From an uncultured Acidobacteriaceae bacterium (lineage in GTDB: Bacteria; Acidobacteriota; Terriglobia; Terriglobales; Acidobacteriaceae), in the NCBI GenBank assembly GCA_963802955.1, contig CAWDKT010000002.1, positions 67,443 through 131,442 of the forward strand: 64,000 nucleotides of DNA, in the 5' to 3' direction. The notes under the pieces were generated by a model that was not told the origin of the DNA, ran no database searches, and saw nothing but the letters and a program-made list of their open reading frames with translations. How positions within the stretch are numbered: position 1 is the stretch's first letter; the number at the start of each line of letters is the position of its first letter. This document shows, piece by piece, positions 54,490 to 64,000 of this stretch. The position numbers and the translations under genes were made by a program.

Positions 54490-55007
54490 TTCAGCTTCGT
54501 CATTTCGACATGCTGGAGTTGCAGCATGCTGTCGACGATGCCCGGCAAGCCCGCGGTTTAAGCTGGGCCGCGGTGGCCGCCGAGATCAACATGCCCTTCG
54601 AGGGCACGCCCTCCATTCCCATCAGCGTAAGCACCATCCGCGACATGCACAAAAAGGCCTCGGTCACCAGCGGAGTCGTCCTCCAGGTTCTGCGATGGCT
54701 CCGCCGCACGCCCGAGAGCTTTCTCTCCGGGGAACAGTCAACCCCAATCGCCAACGCGGATCTTCCGGAGCCTGGCCCATCGCGAATACTCCGTTTCGAT
54801 ACGCGCGCTATGTACACCGCACTTGACACCGAGCGGATTCGGCGCGGGATTAAATGGAAGGAGATTGCCGGCCAACTGCCCGGCTTTACTGAAAGCACGC
54901 TTAGGAATCTCTCGACCGGTCCACTCATTGGGTTTCCCAGGGCAATGTTGATTCCTCAGTTGTTAGGCCGTCCGGCCGCGGCCTTCATACGAATCGACAA
55001 GCGGTAA
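54486..55007 (+). CDS. hypothetical protein with two tandem HTH-like repeats
   Basis: The ATG overlaps the upstream stop (ATGA). There is an internal duplication: ..ARQARGLSWAAVAAEI..STIRDM..VLQVLRWLRRTPESFL and ..RIRRGIKWKEIAGQLPGFTESTLRNL..MLIPQLLGRPAAAFI. Confidence 0.5.
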   Translation: MIQLRHFDMLELQHAVDDARQARGLSWAAVAAEINMPFEGTPSIPISVSTIRDMHKKASVTSGVVLQVLRWLRRTPESFLSGEQSTPIANADLPEPGPSRILRFDTRAMYTALDTERIRRGIKWKEIAGQLPGFTESTLRNLSTGPLIGFPRAMLIPQLLGRPAAAFIRIDKR

Positions 55008-55184
55008 GTCTTCGCCCTTGCTTCGTTCGGCTGCGCACGAGCCGCGTTTCGCTCCTCAGCTCCCGCCGCCTAAAGTCCGTTGGCTTCCTCAAGGTTTCCT
55101 TTGTCCCTGCTCCTCCAACTCCTGTTCGCCCGTCACAGATCCGGAACTCGGTCTTCTGGTACACTCGCTGCGCAGCCCTCCTCC

Positions 55185-56744
55185 ATGCTCTTTAAGGCCC
55201 TCAGCGCGGCTGTCTATGGCATCGACGCCAACCTCATTGATGTTGAGGTCGACTATAGTGGCGTTGTTTCCAACGAAGATCACTTTCACACCGTTGGCCT
55301 GCCCGACGCCGCCGTGCGCGAAAGCCGCGACCGGGTCCGCGCCGCCATCAAGAACTCCGGCTACACCATCCCACCGACTTTCATCACCATCAACCTTGCG
55401 CCCGCCGACATTAAAAAGGAGGGCTCCGGCTTCGATCTTCCCATCGCCGTCGGTATCCTCGGCGCCTATGGCGCGCTGCGCTCGAACGATCTCAGCCGAT
55501 TTCTCCTGGTCGGCGAACTTGGGCTCGATGGGGGCGTGCGCCCTATTCCTGGAATGTTGCCCGTGGCCGTTTTGGCCCGTGAAAAAGGCATCCCGAACCT
55601 GATTCTACCCGCAGCCAATGCCGCCGAAGCCGCCGTGGTTGAAGGCGTCAACGTCTATCCCGTCTCCTCGCTCCTCGATGTCCTGGAATTGCTCAACACG
55701 TCGGTTGTGGGCGTCATTCAGCGTGAGCCGTATCGCGTGGCCACTGCGGAGCTGCTGGGAAAGCTCGAAGAATTCGCCGTCGATTTCTGCGACGTGCGCG
55801 GCCAGCAGACCGCCAAACGCGCCCTCGAAGTAGCCGCAGCGGGCAGCCACAATATCCTCATGATCGGGCCGCCGGGTTCCGGCAAAACCATGCTGGCCAA
55901 GCGACTGCCCTCCATCTTGGCCCCTCTTTCTTTCGAAGAAGCACTCGAAACCACCAAAATTCACTCCGTCGCCGGAGCGCTCGGCGCCGGCGCCGGCCTC
56001 GTCACGCAAAGGCCCTTTCGCTCGCCGCATCACACCATCTCCGATGCCGGACTGATCGGCGGCGGCATCGTGCCTCGCCCCGGAGAAGTCTCGCTGGCCC
56101 ACAATGGCCTGCTCTTTCTCGACGAGCTGCCCGAGTTTCCCCGCAACGTGCTTGAAGTCATGCGCCAGCCTCTCGAGGATCACAGCGTCACCATCGCTCG
56201 CGCATCCATGTCACTCAGTTTTCCTGCGCGCTTTATGCTCGCTGCGGCCATGAACCCCTGCCCATGCGGCTATTTCAATGACAAGTCGCGCGAGTGCATG
56301 TGCACTCCGCCGATGATCCAGCGCTATGTGGCCAAAATCTCCGGGCCGCTGCTCGACCGTATCGACATCCACATCGAGGTTCCCGCCGTTCAATACAAGG
56401 AACTGCGGGGCGGAGCCGCTGCCGAGGGCTCTGCCCAGATTCGCTCTCGTGTGATGGCCGCGCGGCAAATCCAGAAGCAGCGATTCTCCAAGGCCAAAGA
56501 AAAGATCTACGCCAACGCGCAGATGAACACCCGCCAGGTTCGCACTTACTGCGAATTGAGCGCCGACGCCGAGCGGCTGCTGGAGCGCGCCATGCAGCAG
56601 CAGGGGCTCACGGCGCGCGCCCACGACCGCATCCTCAAGGTCGCCCGCACCATTGCCGATCTCGAAGGCGCCCAGCACCTCTCGGTAGGCCATCTCGCTG
56701 AAGCCATCCAGTACAGAACGCTGGATCGAAGTTACTGGAGTTGA
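55185..56744 (+). CDS. comM: YifB/ComM family Mg-chelatase-like AAA+ ATPase
   Basis: [23 protein letters not shown].., Walker [23 protein letters not shown], and C-terminal ..HLAEAIQYR. Confidence 0.93.
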   Translation: MLFKALSAAVYGIDANLIDVEVDYSGVVSNEDHFHTVGLPDAAVRESRDRVRAAIKNSGYTIPPTFITINLAPADIKKEGSGFDLPIAVGILGAYGALRSNDLSRFLLVGELGLDGGVRPIPGMLPVAVLAREKGIPNLILPAANAAEAAVVEGVNVYPVSSLLDVLELLNTSVVGVIQREPYRVATAELLGKLEEFAVDFCDVRGQQTAKRALEVAAAGSHNILMIGPPGSGKTMLAKRLPSILAPLSFEEALETTKIHSVAGALGAGAGLVTQRPFRSPHHTISDAGLIGGGIVPRPGEVSLAHNGLLFLDELPEFPRNVLEVMRQPLEDHSVTIARASMSLSFPARFMLAAAMNPCPCGYFNDKSRECMCTPPMIQRYVAKISGPLLDRIDIHIEVPAVQYKELRGGAAAEGSAQIRSRVMAARQIQKQRFSKAKEKIYANAQMNTRQVRTYCELSADAERLLERAMQQQGLTARAHDRILKVARTIADLEGAQHLSVGHLAEAIQYRTLDRSYWS

Positions 56745-56870
56745 GGACCGCTCGGTCCCCCGATTGCGCCTGTATTTCGCGAAATTGGGGGAAGCACAGC
56801 GATCTGGACCCCAGCGATTGGGCGTAACCCACACCTCAACTCGCCTACCCTCATGGTCAGTTTCAGTTGG

Positions 56871-58925
56871 CTAGGGAGAACAGCTATTGCTCTCGCGCAC
56901 GGTATGGCTTCCTTGAACGCTGTTGAAATAGACCCGGTTGCCATCGGAAGAACTTCCGCCAAATTGAGCGGCAGCGACAGACTGGCAGGAACTCCAAGCC
57001 AGTTTTTGGTCAATGAGAATTGAGGCAGGCCCCTTCCCAATTGGTATTCCGTAACGTCCTGCCATCGCACTGGGTGCATTCACAATTGCAAAGAACACCC
57101 CGCGAAACCGCCTCCACGATACCGATACGTTCCCGGCGGCGAGGGGGACGGTTGCCACAACCTGAGAAAGATCGCCTACATGGGGAATGAAATGGAATTG
57201 AACGATCGAGGACATTTCCGGTCCGATCCCGGCAACATAAAGGCTGAGGGCCGCAGTAGGGCCGGTCGCCCAACCATGCGCAAGGCTCATGTAGCTCCCG
57301 CCATAATCGAAACTGCCGTCCTGAAGATACCCCTCCCAAAACGTGCTTCCTGTCCCTAGGGGGCTGGAAAGCATGTAGCCCCATTCCAGCCGGATCAAAT
57401 CCAATGCTGTAGTGTCGTCGTTTGCTGCGAAATGCGCCATCACTTCCATCGATCCCGGAAAGGTTGCAATTGCATTCGGTCGTTCCGGCGTTAGCGCCCC
57501 ATAGGCGTTCCATCGGCTTCGAAGATTTGTTGCGATATCCATTTGCTCCGCTACCGTGTCGGGAATCCCAAACCATAGCGCCAGCGAGCTGCCGTCCTGT
57601 GGATACAAAGTGCTGCCGGGCACTTCGGTATACATGCCCACCGCGTCGTTCCACAGGTGCGACTGAATCGCGGTTCGCAACGAGTAGGCCGCTGCATCGT
57701 ATTGAGTTTCCGACGGGGTGTCTCCGATTTCTGACGCAAGGAAGGCCGCTCCCTGCAACACGTGATACAGAAGAGCATTTGCTCCAATTTCCTCGCCACC
57801 GGGCGACAGTCCGAACCAGTCGTCGAGAAGCGTCACGGAAAGCAACCCGTTGCTGTCGATTTTTGACGTGGAAAACTGGATTCCACTCTGGATCTGGTTC
57901 CAGTGCGCTACCAGCCAATCGCGATCCGCCGAGTAAAGGTAGTAGTCGATTGCCGCATCCAGGGTCCAAAGATGATAGGTGTCCGAGACTGGTCCGAGAT
58001 TCGCTTCCGGACCAGAGAAGGGAAAGCATCCGGAGGGGTCCTGGTTGGCGAAAAGCGTTTCGAGATCGTTCCTTATCGAAACGGTATCCCCGAGAGATGC
58101 ATAATCGCTGATCGCAGAAATTCCCAGGTCGCCGGACCATACCATCCGGTCGCGTTTCGCGCCATCCACCAGAATCGTCGAGCCGGATCCGCCAATTCCG
58201 TTGTTTGACCACCCGGCCGAAGGTGGAGGCCAAACTCGGCCCTGCGCCGGATTAATCGTGTCCATCTGCACCGTGTAGGCTCCCGCGTACCAGATGCGGT
58301 TCAAAAGATCGTCGCTCGAAAAGAACGACCCTCGGTACGTCCTTAAGTTCATCATTGACGGTGCGGCTGAGAATTGCAGGGTCACTTCCGTCAATTGAAC
58401 GGGCCCGTTGGTGGTCAATCCCACCGTAAGGTAGCGAAAGCCTCCACGTAACTCGGCAGCCGGTACAAGGTAAGTGCTGTTTGGTGTCACTGTTACCGGC
58501 AGAAATCCGTCAGGGCCGCTTCCCCCGTTCGACTGATCGCTCGACAAACCCGCGTAGAGAGATGATTCGCTGAATGCCATCGCCAACTGGGACCCCTCAC
58601 TCGCCTCCCCAAATTGCAGAGACACAATTCCGCCCACCTCCTTGCCGAAGTCAAGAACGATATAACTCCCCTGACCTTGCAATACCGCCGATCCTCCATT
58701 GAGCAGCCCGCCGGACGTCGAGGTCACCTGACCTGCAGTGCCAGCAATGGCCGTTGGTCCCAGCGTGCGCGAGACTGGCGAAAGGTTATATTGATCCGCG
58801 AGCTGTGCGGCGTCGGAGTTCGAAGACGGCGTGCACCCAGTCAGCAGAAGCATCCCCCCGCTGAGCAATCCAAGGGCGAAGAACGAAGAACGAAGAACAA
58901 AGAACAAGTGGCAATCGGCATGCAT
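56871..58925 (-). CDS. secreted/lipoprotein six-hairpin glycosidase-like protein (alpha-L-rhamnosidase/GH78-like; family not certain)
   Basis: 684 aa. Lipobox LLLTGC, an N-terminal beta-sandwich-like region, then an (alpha/alpha)6-like region (..HLWTLDAAIDYYLYSADRDWLVAHWNQIQ..). Assignment is from general pattern only. Confidence 0.55.
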   Translation of the reverse strand: MHADCHLFFVLRSSFFALGLLSGGMLLLTGCTPSSNSDAAQLADQYNLSPVSRTLGPTAIAGTAGQVTSTSGGLLNGGSAVLQGQGSYIVLDFGKEVGGIVSLQFGEASEGSQLAMAFSESSLYAGLSSDQSNGGSGPDGFLPVTVTPNSTYLVPAAELRGGFRYLTVGLTTNGPVQLTEVTLQFSAAPSMMNLRTYRGSFFSSDDLLNRIWYAGAYTVQMDTINPAQGRVWPPPSAGWSNNGIGGSGSTILVDGAKRDRMVWSGDLGISAISDYASLGDTVSIRNDLETLFANQDPSGCFPFSGPEANLGPVSDTYHLWTLDAAIDYYLYSADRDWLVAHWNQIQSGIQFSTSKIDSNGLLSVTLLDDWFGLSPGGEEIGANALLYHVLQGAAFLASEIGDTPSETQYDAAAYSLRTAIQSHLWNDAVGMYTEVPGSTLYPQDGSSLALWFGIPDTVAEQMDIATNLRSRWNAYGALTPERPNAIATFPGSMEVMAHFAANDDTTALDLIRLEWGYMLSSPLGTGSTFWEGYLQDGSFDYGGSYMSLAHGWATGPTAALSLYVAGIGPEMSSIVQFHFIPHVGDLSQVVATVPLAAGNVSVSWRRFRGVFFAIVNAPSAMAGRYGIPIGKGPASILIDQKLAWSSCQSVAAAQFGGSSSDGNRVYFNSVQGSHTVRESNSCSP

Positions 58926-59721
58926 GTTCGGGTCAAGGGTCTTGCAACCAATCTACTGCATTTCCGACTTTTGGAGGTACGGGCCTTTCCCAGGGTCCAA
59001 CTGAATCCGCGCTTCCCACGTCGCTCCTCTACCCGGCAGGTCGCAGAAATCCAGCACCGCGGACCGGTGGTTAGCTCAAGAATGACCGCTCGTTCCCGCC
59101 CCCTGCCAGTTGAATCCTCCGCATGAAGCAAAGTGACTCTCAGGATTCGCGCTTGAGCAAGCCCACATCCCGCTCCTTGAAGGCCCTCTCGACTTATCGC
59201 AAGCCGTCAGAGTTAAATGATTGAAAATAATAGAGTTATTTTAACATTTGCCAACTTTCACACCGAGATGGGAAACCCCACACACAATCAGGAACCTTCG
59301 CCATGAATTCCCTGAAAAAACTATTGACCTCCCAGAACGTTGGATATACCCTCGTATGAGCCATCCATAGAGGGCAGGTTGCGTATGGCAGCCAGGTGTG
59401 CCCCTCAGTCATTTCCAGCATCAAACTTTGAGCAAGGGCTCTATTGATGCCTTGGGTGCGTTTTTTGGCGCGCCCGGAATGGCATAAAGGCGCCCCGATG
59501 CTGAGGTGAACTCCTCATATCCAAAGTGGCATGGTGTCCATTTCACAACGCGCAATGGCCCCTTGAAGATTTTGCAGAACTTGGGGCGAGCATAGTGCGT
59601 CTAAAGAGTGGAAGCGGCAATTTGGGGAGCCCTCCGACTGTATTGGTTACCCCGTTGACTGCACGGGATGCGTTTGACCGATTTGGCCAGCGCATCTATT
59701 TGAAATAGAAGGAGATAGGAA

Positions 59722-59943
59722 ATGCGTTCCGATCTTGTTTTCCGGGCACTCTCACAAGTGGCCAATCGCTACCAGCTTTGTCAACTGGCGAGCAAAGCAA
59801 CCCGCAAGCTCCACAAGCCGAATACACGGCTGCAGGACACCACGAACGAGGTCTTGGTTCGTTTTGAATCGGCTAATCCCAAGGCCGAGGTGCGCGTGGA
59901 TGCGCCTTCGGCTCAACCCGTGGAAAGGCGCCGCGCTGCATAA
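59722..59943 (+). CDS. small protein resembling RNA polymerase omega subunit (RpoZ/Rpb6 fold)
   Basis: Strong SD (GAAGGAGATAGGAAATG). ALSQVANRYQLCQLASKATRKLH lines up with the E. coli RpoZ core [23 protein letters not shown]. Confidence 0.45.
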   Translation: MRSDLVFRALSQVANRYQLCQLASKATRKLHKPNTRLQDTTNEVLVRFESANPKAEVRVDAPSAQPVERRRAA

Positions 59944-60171
59944 CGGCATCTCCCGCCACTTCAGGCGTTAGGTCAGGCATAGGTTTCAAGGCAAGTTCCC
60001 ATCGAATAGGTCACCTCCTTCCCGGCGCTTCGTCACTCCCGATGATCTTGGGGGATGGTTCAAGGTTGGTTTGCGCCGGCCGGATTTCGGATTGTTTGTC
60101 CGGCGTCATCCCTGGAGCCCTTTTCCCTTCCGCACCACTACCCTCCAAATCCCGCCTTCGTGCAGGTGAAC

Positions 60172-61422
<1,251 letters not shown>

Positions 61423-61477
61423 CGAGTTTGTGCGCTCTGGGGTCTAGGTGGTCTAGCCATTCCAGAGCAATCAAAAA

Positions 61478-61507
61478 GGCCGGGGCATCGTCCCCGGCCT
61501 TTCGTTT
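61478..61507. terminator. bidirectional intrinsic terminator between rho and the convergent flavoprotein gene
   Basis: AAAAA-GGCCGGGG-CATCGT-CCCCGGCC-TTTCGTTTC. Confidence 0.8.
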
Positions 61508-61508
61508 C

Positions 61509-62684
61509 TTAAACTGCGCGTCCTGCGGCTGCGCCTGATGCCCACGCCCACTGGAAGTTAAATCCGCCCAGGTGCCCCGTTACGTCCACTACTTCGCCAA
61601 TGAAATAGAGCCCGGGGATGTTTCGACATTCCATCGTTTGCGCCGAAAGAGCGCTCGTACTCACTCCCCCCGCCGTTACTTCCGCCTTCTCATATCCTTC
61701 CGTGCCGCTGGGGACGAACGCCCACGAATGCAGCCTCTGCTCCAATCCATCGAGGCCGTGATTTGTCCAGCGTTGCGGTGCTGCCATTTCGTGCAAGCGG
61801 TCCGCCAGTCGAACCGGCAGTTTTGCCCGCAACACCGCCTTCAGAGCCCCGGCATCCCGTCGCGCATCCGCCGCCCGCAGACTCGCTAGAAATTCCTGCT
61901 TCGGCGACCAGTCAATGTGGATCGCCTCCCGCCGCTGCCAATATGAAGAGATTTGCAGGATCGCCGGCCCACTGAGCCCGCGATGCGTGAAGAGCATCTT
62001 TTCCTCGAAGCTCCGTTTGCCGCACGTCACAGTCACCGCCGCGGAAACGCCCGCCAAATCGGAGAAATTCCCAAGCTCTCCGCTGCTGAGCACCAGCGGA
62101 ACCAGCGCCGGCCGGCAGGGCTCGATGGAAATTCCGAACTGGCGGGCGATGTCATAACCGAAGCCCGTAGCGCCCATCTTGGGAATCGACAGGCCTCCCG
62201 TGGCGACAATCAGCCTGGGAGCCGTGAAAACATCGCCTTCCGCAATAAGCGCAAACGCACCGGAAGAAACATCGCGCCGCACCTCGCGAATCGCCGTTGA
62301 GACAAGCAACTGCACGCCGGAGTCCGCACATTCGCGCATCAGAAGGTCGACAATCTGCTTTGCCGATCCGTCGCAGAAAAGCTGGCCCAGCGTCTTTTCG
62401 TGATATGCAATCCCGTGCCTTTCCACTAGCCGGATAAAATCCGCCGGAGTGTATCGCGCGAGCGCCGATTTCGTAAAGTGGGGATTGGCCGAAATGAAAT
62501 TGTCAGGCCGCGTGTACAGATTCGTGAAATTGCACCGGCCTCCGCCGGAGATCAGAATTTTTTTTCCCGGCCGATCGGCGCGCTCTAGCACCGCGATGCG
62601 CCGCCCGCGACGGCCCGCTTCCATCGCGGCCATCAGTCCGGCAGCGCCTGCGCCCAGGATGATGACGTCGAGCTTGTGGTTCAC
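61509..62684 (-). CDS. NAD(P)/FAD-dependent oxidoreductase, HI0933/YhiN (BaiN-like) family
   Basis: The GTG at 62684 overlaps the upstream TGA (GTGA). KLDVIILGAGAAGLMAAMEAGRRGRR Rossmann motif, ..ISGGGRCNFTN.., and C-terminal ..YFIGEVVDVTGHLGGFNFQWAWASG. Confidence 0.87.
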   Translation of the reverse strand: MNHKLDVIILGAGAAGLMAAMEAGRRGRRIAVLERADRPGKKILISGGGRCNFTNLYTRPDNFISANPHFTKSALARYTPADFIRLVERHGIAYHEKTLGQLFCDGSAKQIVDLLMRECADSGVQLLVSTAIREVRRDVSSGAFALIAEGDVFTAPRLIVATGGLSIPKMGATGFGYDIARQFGISIEPCRPALVPLVLSSGELGNFSDLAGVSAAVTVTCGKRSFEEKMLFTHRGLSGPAILQISSYWQRREAIHIDWSPKQEFLASLRAADARRDAGALKAVLRAKLPVRLADRLHEMAAPQRWTNHGLDGLEQRLHSWAFVPSGTEGYEKAEVTAGGVSTSALSAQTMECRNIPGLYFIGEVVDVTGHLGGFNFQWAWASGAAAGRAV

Positions 62685-63613
62685 GGCACGTTTGAATCCA
62701 GCATACGTTCCAGCAGGTGCCGATCCCACTCGCCCAGTTCTGCCGCTGCATCGTACGTGCTTTCGCAAAATTCCAGCAGTGCCGCACTTGGCGACTCCGC
62801 CTTTCGAACATCCTCGTAGTCAAGCAGGAACTCGTTTAACGTCGTGTCGTAGCGCGCAGCACCTGGACGCACGGGCGCTGTCTTGAATCCCTTCGGCTCT
62901 GGTGCGGCATACGAATAGAACGCAGGACTGCTCATCTCTCCGCTGCCCGGCCACCATCCCACGCTGCTTACCTCGTGCGAGTACGCCTCACGCGTAATGC
63001 TGTCGGCGCCCGGCCGCTCCGGAGCGCGCCGTCCCGAAAAACGCGTAACTGCCAGATCGAAGCTTCCCCAGAAAAAATGCACCGGACTCACCTTCCCCGT
63101 GAATCCGGACCGGAATTGGTGAAAGACCGCATCCACAGAGAGCAGAATCCGCCAGAACGTCTCCACGCGCTCCGCATCGTACGCAGCATGAACGCGATCC
63201 TCATCGAACGGGATCGGGTTGGGAATCTCAACCGGCATTCTCCAGATACTCACCTCGATCCCCGCAGATCGCAGTATCTCCATAAACTTCCGGTAGAAAT
63301 CGGCGACGGTCATTGGTCCCAGCGCAATCTCTCTCACCATTCCATCGCTGCATTCGAGGACCAGCCGGTGCGTAACAAAGTCAAATCGTATCTCGATTGA
63401 TCGCGCGCCGGAGGGCATGGCTGATGTGGTCAATCCGCGCGCGGTAACGTACAGCGGAACATTCCACCAGTGATTCACCAGCGGTGTCAGCCGCATCCTC
63501 ACCTTCCCTACAATCTGCGTCCACATGTGCAGCGTCGCGCATGTATCTCGCCAACTATTAAGCGGCAGCGCGGGCCAGCACTCCGCTCTGTCAACATTCG
63601 CTATGTTCGCCAC
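62681..63613 (-). CDS. DUF5996 family protein
   Basis: GTG at 63613 preceded by CTGGAGGTTCT. WPALPLNSWRDTCATLHMWTQIVGKVRMRLTPLVNHWWNVPLYVTARGLTTS is typical of DUF5996. Confidence 0.72.
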   Translation of the reverse strand: MANIANVDRAECWPALPLNSWRDTCATLHMWTQIVGKVRMRLTPLVNHWWNVPLYVTARGLTTSAMPSGARSIEIRFDFVTHRLVLECSDGMVREIALGPMTVADFYRKFMEILRSAGIEVSIWRMPVEIPNPIPFDEDRVHAAYDAERVETFWRILLSVDAVFHQFRSGFTGKVSPVHFFWGSFDLAVTRFSGRRAPERPGADSITREAYSHEVSSVGWWPGSGEMSSPAFYSYAAPEPKGFKTAPVRPGAARYDTTLNEFLLDYEDVRKAESPSAALLEFCESTYDAAAELGEWDRHLLERMLDSNVP

Positions 63614-63683
63614 AGAACCTCCAGCTACCGCGCTTCTGTTTGGGGTGCCCCAGGTCTCGTTTCTGAGACCTGGGATCTCGCAT

Positions 63684-64000
63684 TTACTCGCTCGCCCCGT
63701 CACCCTCCGCCGGCAGCATCTGGTAGCTCACAAACGCAAAGTGCTTCCCGTCCGGAGCCCAGTTAGGAACATTATCGGTTCCCGAACCGCCCACAATCTC
63801 TACGAGATCGCGCACGTTTTTCGTTTCCGGATCCAGAATGCGCAACGTTACGTCTTTGTTCGCCGGGTGCCCAGTCACATCGCTCGCATACGAGAGAAAA
63901 AGCACCGACTTTCCGTCCGGTGAAGGATGTGCCGTCCAGTTGCGCCTCTCATCAGTCGTCATTTGCTCCACATGCGATCCATCCGGCTGCATGCGGAAGA
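63684..64000 (-). CDS. PD40/TolB-like beta-propeller repeat protein, C-terminal part (5' end outside window)
   Basis: ..FRMQPDGSHVEQMT..AHPSPDGKSVLFLSY..NWAPDGKHFAFVSY are PD40 repeat signatures. The frame stays open to the window edge. Confidence 0.7.
   Translation of the reverse strand, partial: FRMQPDGSHVEQMTTDERRNWTAHPSPDGKSVLFLSYASDVTGHPANKDVTLRILDPETKNVRDLVEIVGGSGTDNVPNWAPDGKHFAFVSYQMLPAEGDGASE

Overview
A 64-kb, roughly 58-60% GC chromosomal segment. The gene content is most consistent with an Acidobacteriota (Terriglobia-like) genome: a 1205-aa CarboxypepD_reg-type TonB-dependent receptor, a stand-alone egtB-egtD pair, and secreted glycosidases and TPR proteins. This placement is inference only. 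The window is mostly core and housekeeping genes: mnmE, mutM, rsmI, rsmD, the ispE-tRNA-Gln-prs-rplY(ctc)-pth-rpsF-rpsR-rplI block, maf, msrA, a pgsA-like gene, greA, comM/yifB and rho. It also holds a TolC-MFP-RND efflux operon, a molybdopterin oxidoreductase, two secreted nucleoside hydrolases, an ECF sigma factor and a Y-family polymerase. I found no rRNA, CRISPR array, transposase, integrase or recognisable defence system, and I cannot support a claim of a complete novel multi-gene system. Five observations deserve a second look. (1) An ORF-free, hairpin-dense gap of about 0.9 kb (4145-5062) may be a large structured RNA or a very long leader. (2) A near-identical GA-rich 16-mer (CAGGGAMCAAGGGAM) sits 3-6 nt after the stop codons of four unrelated genes, and degenerate copies form 3' tails or in-frame inserts of other genes. 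(3) Three adjacent genes are disrupted within 38.2-41.1 kb: an S9 dipeptidyl peptidase, a DUF2252 gene with at least 6 single-nucleotide frameshifts in about 360 nt, and a GT-C-like membrane protein broken at a 26/27-bp tandem duplication. All other genes look intact. (4) An M50/CBS site-2-protease homologue has lost both His residues of HExxH. (5) The prs, rplI and rho regions carry structured or repeat-bearing leaders, including a small RpoZ-like ORF upstream of rho. All calls come from manual reading of the ORF track and sequence. No database search was run.
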